A DNA stretch of 64,000 nucleotides from Candidatus Bathyarchaeota archaeon. GTDB lineage: Archaea; Thermoproteota; Bathyarchaeia; Bathyarchaeales; Bathycorpusculaceae. The stretch lies in the NCBI GenBank assembly GCA_963707955.1, contig OY970176.1, positions 1,824,001 through 1,888,000 of the forward strand, read 5' to 3'. Below the pieces are notes generated by a model. That model worked only from the letters and a program-made list of their open reading frames with translations. It did not search any database and was not told the DNA's origin. Shown here piece by piece: positions 59,075 through 64,000 of this stretch. Position 1 is the first letter of the stretch; the number at the start of each line of letters is the position of its first letter. Both the position numbers and the translations under genes were made by a program.

Positions 59075-59921
59075 ATGGAGAATGAGGCTTTCATAAAGAA
59101 AATTCTGGTTCCTGTAGACAAGTCTGATTCAAGCCTTAGGAGCCAAGAGACAGCCGCGTTGGTAGCGAAGAAAACACATGCGTCCGTCACGGTTTTGCAT
59201 GTTGTACCCAGCGTGTCGTACGGTGAGCCACAGACAAACGCTCTGATTCTGAGCGGCTTAGACCAAGAAGGGCAGCGGATAGTCGGCGAAGCTTAGGGAA
59301 CTTTTCATGGAGGAAAAAGTGGAAGTGAAGGCAGAAGTTCTCCATGAGGAGGACGTTGCTGCGGCTATTCTTGAATTCTCAGAAGATGATTTTGACCTAA
59401 TCGTCATGGGTGCTCGTGGGGAGAACGAGAAAGGTCTGAACGCACTTGGAAGCGTAACGAAGAAAGTCATAATGCACGCAAGTTGCCCAACGATGATTGT
59501 CAAAAAGGTTTCGACTCTGTCAAACATGCTCGTTTGTGTGGACGGTTCTGACCATGCAATGAAAGCCTTGAATTATGCCTTAAGCTTGGCCGAAAAGATG
59601 GGTTCGAGAATGGCGTTGTTGAATGTCCAGGAACCACGCTTGCATAAGACCTCGCCTGACGTTGCAATGGAACTTGGCGGCCGGGTTCTCATCGAATCGT
59701 TAGGTGCGGTTGCAAAACGGAAACTTGCGGCTGAGAGGAGACTCGAGTTTGGCGTTCCATCAGATGTGATAGTTGACATGGCTGAAAAGGGGAATCATGA
59801 CTTGATCGTCCTTGGGAGCAGGGGGTTGGGAGCAGTTAAGAGGTTCTTGCTGGGAAGTGTAAGTGATGATGTCAGTTATAAAGCGAAGTGTTCGGTGTTG
59901 ATAGTTCCAGCAAAAACGTGA
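59075..59921 (+). CDS. Tandem universal stress protein, frameshift near 59293
   Basis: KKILVPVD.S...; DLIVMGARG...LGSV; LVCVDGS...DLIVLGSRG...LGSVS. Confidence 0.88.
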
Positions 59922-60066
59922 AAAACGCATAACCGAAGGAATTTTATGGCTCGTGCTGTCATCTTGCAAGTGTCAGGGCCTTCTGCGAAAAATTCAAGGA
60001 GACCAAAAACTTAGTAGGCTGTACAGGAGCTTGTATGAGCTAATATCAAGTGGAGGCTGAATTGCA

Positions 60067-60846
60067 GTGTCATACGTTTTCAATATACCCTTTCGAGACA
60101 ACCTTAAGCTAAAGCATATCATCGATGATGTTAAAAAAGATGTGAAACTGCAGACTATGTGGCGATGCTCAAACGTCATGGCTATCGACCGTATGGGCTT
60201 CACTGACCACGGTCCGACACATGTTAAAATCGTATCTAACTCCGCGTTGAAACTCTTGAGAATCCTGGTTAAGAGCAAAGTCGTGCCCAGCATCGTGAAG
60301 AACTACGGAATGAAAAACGAAGATGCAGAGGTCGTTGTCGTTCTGGGTTCAATCTTTCATGACTTAGGCATGATTGTGGCAAGGGACAAACATGTCTGGT
60401 TCAGCGCTCTGTTAGCTCTGGGCTTCCTTGAGAAGTATTTGGCACCGATCTACTCTGAGGAGGAGCGCACGATAATCTGTTCAGAAGTGTTGCACGCTAT
60501 AGTGACTCACGAAGATCCGAACAGACCCTTAACTGTGGAAGCCGGCATAGTGCGAGTTGCAGACGCCTTGGACATGGAAGAGGGCAGAGCTAGAATTCCG
60601 TTTCAGGCTGGAAAAGTGGATATTCACTCGGTTTCTGCACTGTCAATCGAGAAAGTGGACATCCAAGAGGGCGAAGAGAAACCGGTGATCATAAGAATAA
60701 CGATGTCGAACTCGGCCGGCATCTTTCAAATAGATGAACTGCTTAAACCGAGAATCGAAAACTCTGGGCTGCAGAACTACATACACGTGGTAGCGGAGAT
60801 AACCTGGGAAAAAGAGAGGAGAATAATAGAAAAATTCGAGATCTGA
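60067..60846 (+). CDS. HD-domain phosphohydrolase
   Basis: DHGPTH, FHDLG, HAIVTH, VADALDM. Confidence 0.88.
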   Translation: MSYVFNIPFRDNLKLKHIIDDVKKDVKLQTMWRCSNVMAIDRMGFTDHGPTHVKIVSNSALKLLRILVKSKVVPSIVKNYGMKNEDAEVVVVLGSIFHDLGMIVARDKHVWFSALLALGFLEKYLAPIYSEEERTIICSEVLHAIVTHEDPNRPLTVEAGIVRVADALDMEEGRARIPFQAGKVDIHSVSALSIEKVDIQEGEEKPVIIRITMSNSAGIFQIDELLKPRIENSGLQNYIHVVAEITWEKERRIIEKFEI

Positions 60847-60911
60847 CCGCTGCAAAGGTTTTCCAGACGGAATAATCAGTGCGATCTTCCGATACGTAGT
60901 CTAAGGGGGAC

Positions 60912-61469
60912 ATGATCTTGAGCAAGGCGGACAAAGTCTTGAAGGAAATTGAAAGCATGACCGACAGGAAATCTCTACCCATCTTGAGGCCAGATAAGGG
61001 ACATGTATTGGCGAGAGTCATTCACGAAGTAAAGCCCAAGCGAATATTAGAGGTCGGAACACTAATCGGCTACTCAGCAATCCTGATGGCAGGAGAGCTT
61101 GAAAGCGACGCTCATCTGATCACCATTGAAATTCACGCGAATGAAGCTGAGATGGCAAGGGAGAACATAAAAAGGGCAGAGGTGTCCCCACGCATAGACG
61201 TCGTCGTAGGCGACGCAATCGAAGTTATACCAAAACTAGCTGGCAAGTTCGACATGGTCTTCATCGATGCAGAGAAGGCAGAATATCTGCACTACTTGCG
61301 ACTTGTCGAGCGAAAACTCCATCGAGGAAGTGTTGTCGTTGCGGACAACGCAGGCATCTTTGCCGATCAAATGAAGGATTACTTGGATTATGTGAGGTCT
61401 TCAGCGAGGTATCGTAGCGAATACGTGTCTTTCGGCGAAGATGGAGTTGAAGTGAGTGTCAAACTGTAA
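60912..61469 (+). CDS. SAM-dependent O-methyltransferase (COMT/CCoAOMT-like)
   Basis: ILEVGTLIGYS, FDMVFIDAEK, VVADN. Confidence 0.9.
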   Translation: MILSKADKVLKEIESMTDRKSLPILRPDKGHVLARVIHEVKPKRILEVGTLIGYSAILMAGELESDAHLITIEIHANEAEMARENIKRAEVSPRIDVVVGDAIEVIPKLAGKFDMVFIDAEKAEYLHYLRLVERKLHRGSVVVADNAGIFADQMKDYLDYVRSSARYRSEYVSFGEDGVEVSVKL

Positions 61470-61549
61470 CGACTAGCGCGCTATGCTTTTCCGTAGACCG
61501 GGAGTGATGCACCGCTGATTATTTTCGAATCGTCTAACGATTGCGCTAT

Positions 61550-62446
61550 TCATATCTGCGCAACATGCTTTTCAACCATATGATGCGGGTAATAGCTTTC
61601 TTTGGCTTTTCTAAGGCCTGGGAGGCCCAAGTCTTGCTCTCTATTTACAAATCTGAGGTTTCTGAGTTCTTTTTGGCAGAACCATTGGTTGACGACCTGA
61701 TACAGACCCTCTATTTCAGGGTTGGCTTTTTCAAAGTGGATGACAGCGGTATTATCATTTAGTAGTTCAGCCAACGTGAAGGCTTCAAGCTTATCGTCGA
61801 CGTAGACAGCTCCTCCGATAACACCAAGATACGCATAGTTGTCAAAAGCCGTCTTTATCGCCGTGTTTTCTGCCTCTAGGCCTGGAACCAAGTTGCAATT
61901 GCGAAGGCTGCACCATTGCGTTTGAAGCTGGAGGCACTCGTTGATTTCTGATGGTCCAATGCTTACGTACCTGCATACGTGTTTAGAAAGACAACGGGTG
62001 ATAAAGTTTCGTTTCGCGTGGTACTTATCGCCAGGGAGCTCAGCAAGGTCATTTGTCAAGTAAACATAGTCCCAATCATCACGATCAGGCTCAACCTTTG
62101 AGCCCTCAATGCTCAGCTGTTGTGATTCTTCAAGAGTCAGTCCATAAAGCGGCGGCAACTGAGAGTTTCCAAGGCTCATCGTCCTCAATGTCTTCACCAC
62201 GCTCGTCAACGGTTGTTTCCCCAACGGGGGTAAGAGAAAGGTCTTGCCGTCATGGAGCCTCCTCCGCTGTAGCAACACTGTTTCGTCAAGGCGCGAGAGT
62301 TGGCCTGGTTCAGAACCATTCCACACGAATAGATTCGTGAATGTGAGCTCGGATATTTGCGGCTGCATCTCCTTGAGAAGTGAGTCGAGTAATGGTTTGT
62401 CGCCTATGGTGAGGTTTCTGAAGTTCGGAAATTGTGGAAGTTGCGT
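61550..62446 (-). CDS. DUF2156 / aminoacyl-PG-synthase C-terminal-like GNAT protein
   Basis: SELTFTNLFVW, DYVY...L.G.KY..KRN, HFEKA, NREQDLG..GLRKAK.SY.P; frame open to ACG 62446 (ORF track start 62368). Confidence 0.88.
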   Translation of the reverse strand, partial: TQLPQFPNFRNLTIGDKPLLDSLLKEMQPQISELTFTNLFVWNGSEPGQLSRLDETVLLQRRRLHDGKTFLLPPLGKQPLTSVVKTLRTMSLGNSQLPPLYGLTLEESQQLSIEGSKVEPDRDDWDYVYLTNDLAELPGDKYHAKRNFITRCLSKHVCRYVSIGPSEINECLQLQTQWCSLRNCNLVPGLEAENTAIKTAFDNYAYLGVIGGAVYVDDKLEAFTLAELLNDNTAVIHFEKANPEIEGLYQVVNQWFCQKELRNLRFVNREQDLGLPGLRKAKESYYPHHMVEKHVAQI

Positions 62447-62778
62447 TTAGCTCACCTACGAAAACACTCTTGAACGGTGCAGCAATTTTTCTTGCCTAGT
62501 CATTAGGCGAATCTTTCCTTAGCACTCACTCTTTAGATATATGTCATGTGCCAGTCTTTTTGCATCTATTCTAGCTCTGTCTATCAACCGAGCTTATGTC
62601 CACTCTTTCATTTTCTTTTCTTGTCATAAAATATATAAACAGTACTTTCGAGATAGGTCTCACTTGTATGAATTAGCATGAATTCAGGATCTGAAGGCGA
62701 CGGCTTAGGTTGGATTTCAGTCCTAGCAGTTAGGAATTGTGAGGGTCGCCTGAGGACGGCGTGGTCGGAGGAAAGAGA

Positions 62779-63249
62779 ATGGTGGAAAGAAAACTGAAAG
62801 TGGGCGATAATTCGAAGGACTTCAGTCTGCCAGATCAGGACGAACAAGAATTCACGCTTTCGAAGTTCAAGGGAAAGAGAGTGCTGCTTTCGTTTCATCC
62901 GGCGGCATGGACCTCTGTCTGCGCTGAGCAGATGAAGTCTCTAGAGCATAACAAGAAAATCTTTGATTCTCTCAACACAATAGCTGTTGGAGTAAGCGTG
63001 GACACCGTGCCCTCTAAAAAGGCTTGGGCAAAAAGCCTTCGCATCAAACACACGAGGCTTCTCTCAGACTTCTGGCCACACGGCAAGGTCGCAGAACTCT
63101 ACGGAATATTCAGGACCAAAGAAGGATTCTCTGAGCGCGCAAACATAATCATCGACGAAAGCCAGAAGATAGTCTTCTTCAAAATCTACAAGCTAGGACA
63201 GCTTCCTGACATCCGAGAGATAATAGACTTCTTAAAGAAGATGCCTTAG
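62779..63249 (+). CDS. Peroxiredoxin (AhpC/TSA, AhpE-like)
   Basis: FHPAAWTSVC, LSDFWPHG, SERA. Confidence 0.9.
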   Translation: MVERKLKVGDNSKDFSLPDQDEQEFTLSKFKGKRVLLSFHPAAWTSVCAEQMKSLEHNKKIFDSLNTIAVGVSVDTVPSKKAWAKSLRIKHTRLLSDFWPHGKVAELYGIFRTKEGFSERANIIIDESQKIVFFKIYKLGQLPDIREIIDFLKKMP

Positions 63250-63318
63250 AACTGCCTGCGCCACAAGGTCCCTTCATCGATGGAGAATGGACTGCGCCGT
63301 GGATGGAGAGCGCAAGTT

Positions 63319-64000
63319 CTAGGAGATGTACGTGACTTTTTTGTCCTCTTCTTTCCGTGTTTCCTCGGCCTGCAAAACTCTTTTTTCCTCGATCTTCTGC
63401 AGGCGTGTGACCATCTTGTCGCCCTTTGCTATCTCTTCATCTAGGCCTGCGAGGTTGGCGTCAAAACCGAGCATAGATTGCAGTGTCTCTAGGACGCTTT
63501 TGGCAGACCTCGGGTCGGGCAAGTATCCCCTGGTCTCGCCTAGAAGGCATAGAGCGTCTATTCCCTTGAAATGAGAAAGTCCTAGAATCAGGCCGGCCGT
63601 GCCGACGATGGGGCTTCCAGTCGGACTCACTTCTGCTCCGGCCTTCAGGGCTTTGTTCAGGAGTTCTTGCTCCGTGGCTGCTGCGACGACTTTCGGTTTG
63701 TCCTTGGCCTCCATTCGGTATCCGCCTATCGTTATTATCAATTTTACATCATGCTGCTTGGCGAAGTTCAGTATGCGGTCGGAAATCTCGTACTGTCCCT
63801 CAATCGTTTGGGCTTGGCTGTCGCCTGTGAAAAGGATGAGGTCGTTCTTTCCGTTCTTGTTCTTCCAGAAGTAGAATGTTCCTCGTAGAAGCCTGACGTT
63901 TCCTTTCTTGCTGACGATCACGAAATATGGAAAGTGTGGGGAGTAGAGGTAGGCGAACTTTTCGGCCTTCAACTGCTTGACTAGGTGGCGTATGGCGATT
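63319..64000 (-). CDS. PAC2-family proteasome assembly chaperone (5' end outside the window)
   Basis: LYSPHFP, GDSQ, TIGGY, IVGTAG, LLGETRGY.PDP. Confidence 0.88.
   Translation of the reverse strand, partial: IAIRHLVKQLKAEKFAYLYSPHFPYFVIVSKKGNVRLLRGTFYFWKNKNGKNDLILFTGDSQAQTIEGQYEISDRILNFAKQHDVKLIITIGGYRMEAKDKPKVVAAATEQELLNKALKAGAEVSPTGSPIVGTAGLILGLSHFKGIDALCLLGETRGYLPDPRSAKSVLETLQSMLGFDANLAGLDEEIAKGDKMVTRLQKIEEKRVLQAEETRKEEDKKVTYIS

Overview
An archaeal chromosomal window, most likely Bathyarchaeia. This is an inference from aRF1, PAC2, TrmB, a PEF-CTERM sorting signal, an eL22-like protein, DUF5752 and TATA-box promoters with GGTGA/GGAGG SD sites. I recognised no rRNA, tRNA, CRISPR array or intact mobile element. 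Main content: (1) 9.8-22.7 kb, a complex-I-like operon (NuoA,B,CD,H,I,J,K,L,M,M',N). Its CD subunit keeps both [NiFe] motifs, it has a second NuoM, and the NuoL lateral helix is about 27 aa longer than usual, so it looks like a '2M' extra-pump hydrogenase. A ferredoxin-FrhB/FpoF-CBS fusion follows it. (2) A bacterial-type pterin module (FolM-like SDR, FolB, FolK, FolE, PCD). (3) A glycogen-to-lactate gene cluster with largely bacterial-type enzymes (PGM, GlgP, FBA, ENO, PGI, PfkA, GT4, L-LDH, PK) containing an aRF1 paralog with GGQ changed to GGM. (4) Many pH/ion homeostasis genes (two type IIIA H+-ATPases, an H+-PPase fragment, two CPA1 antiporters, an RCK channel, Amt). Non-coding signals: four tandem promoters sharing a TGTC-N8-GACA-like box beside a TrmB gene and driving microproteins; about 19 mostly intergenic GCGCGCGC palindromes; a duplicated ~90-bp promoter; and several genes that appear to start at ATA/ATT/ATC/ACG. 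Several frameshifts may be sequencing errors.
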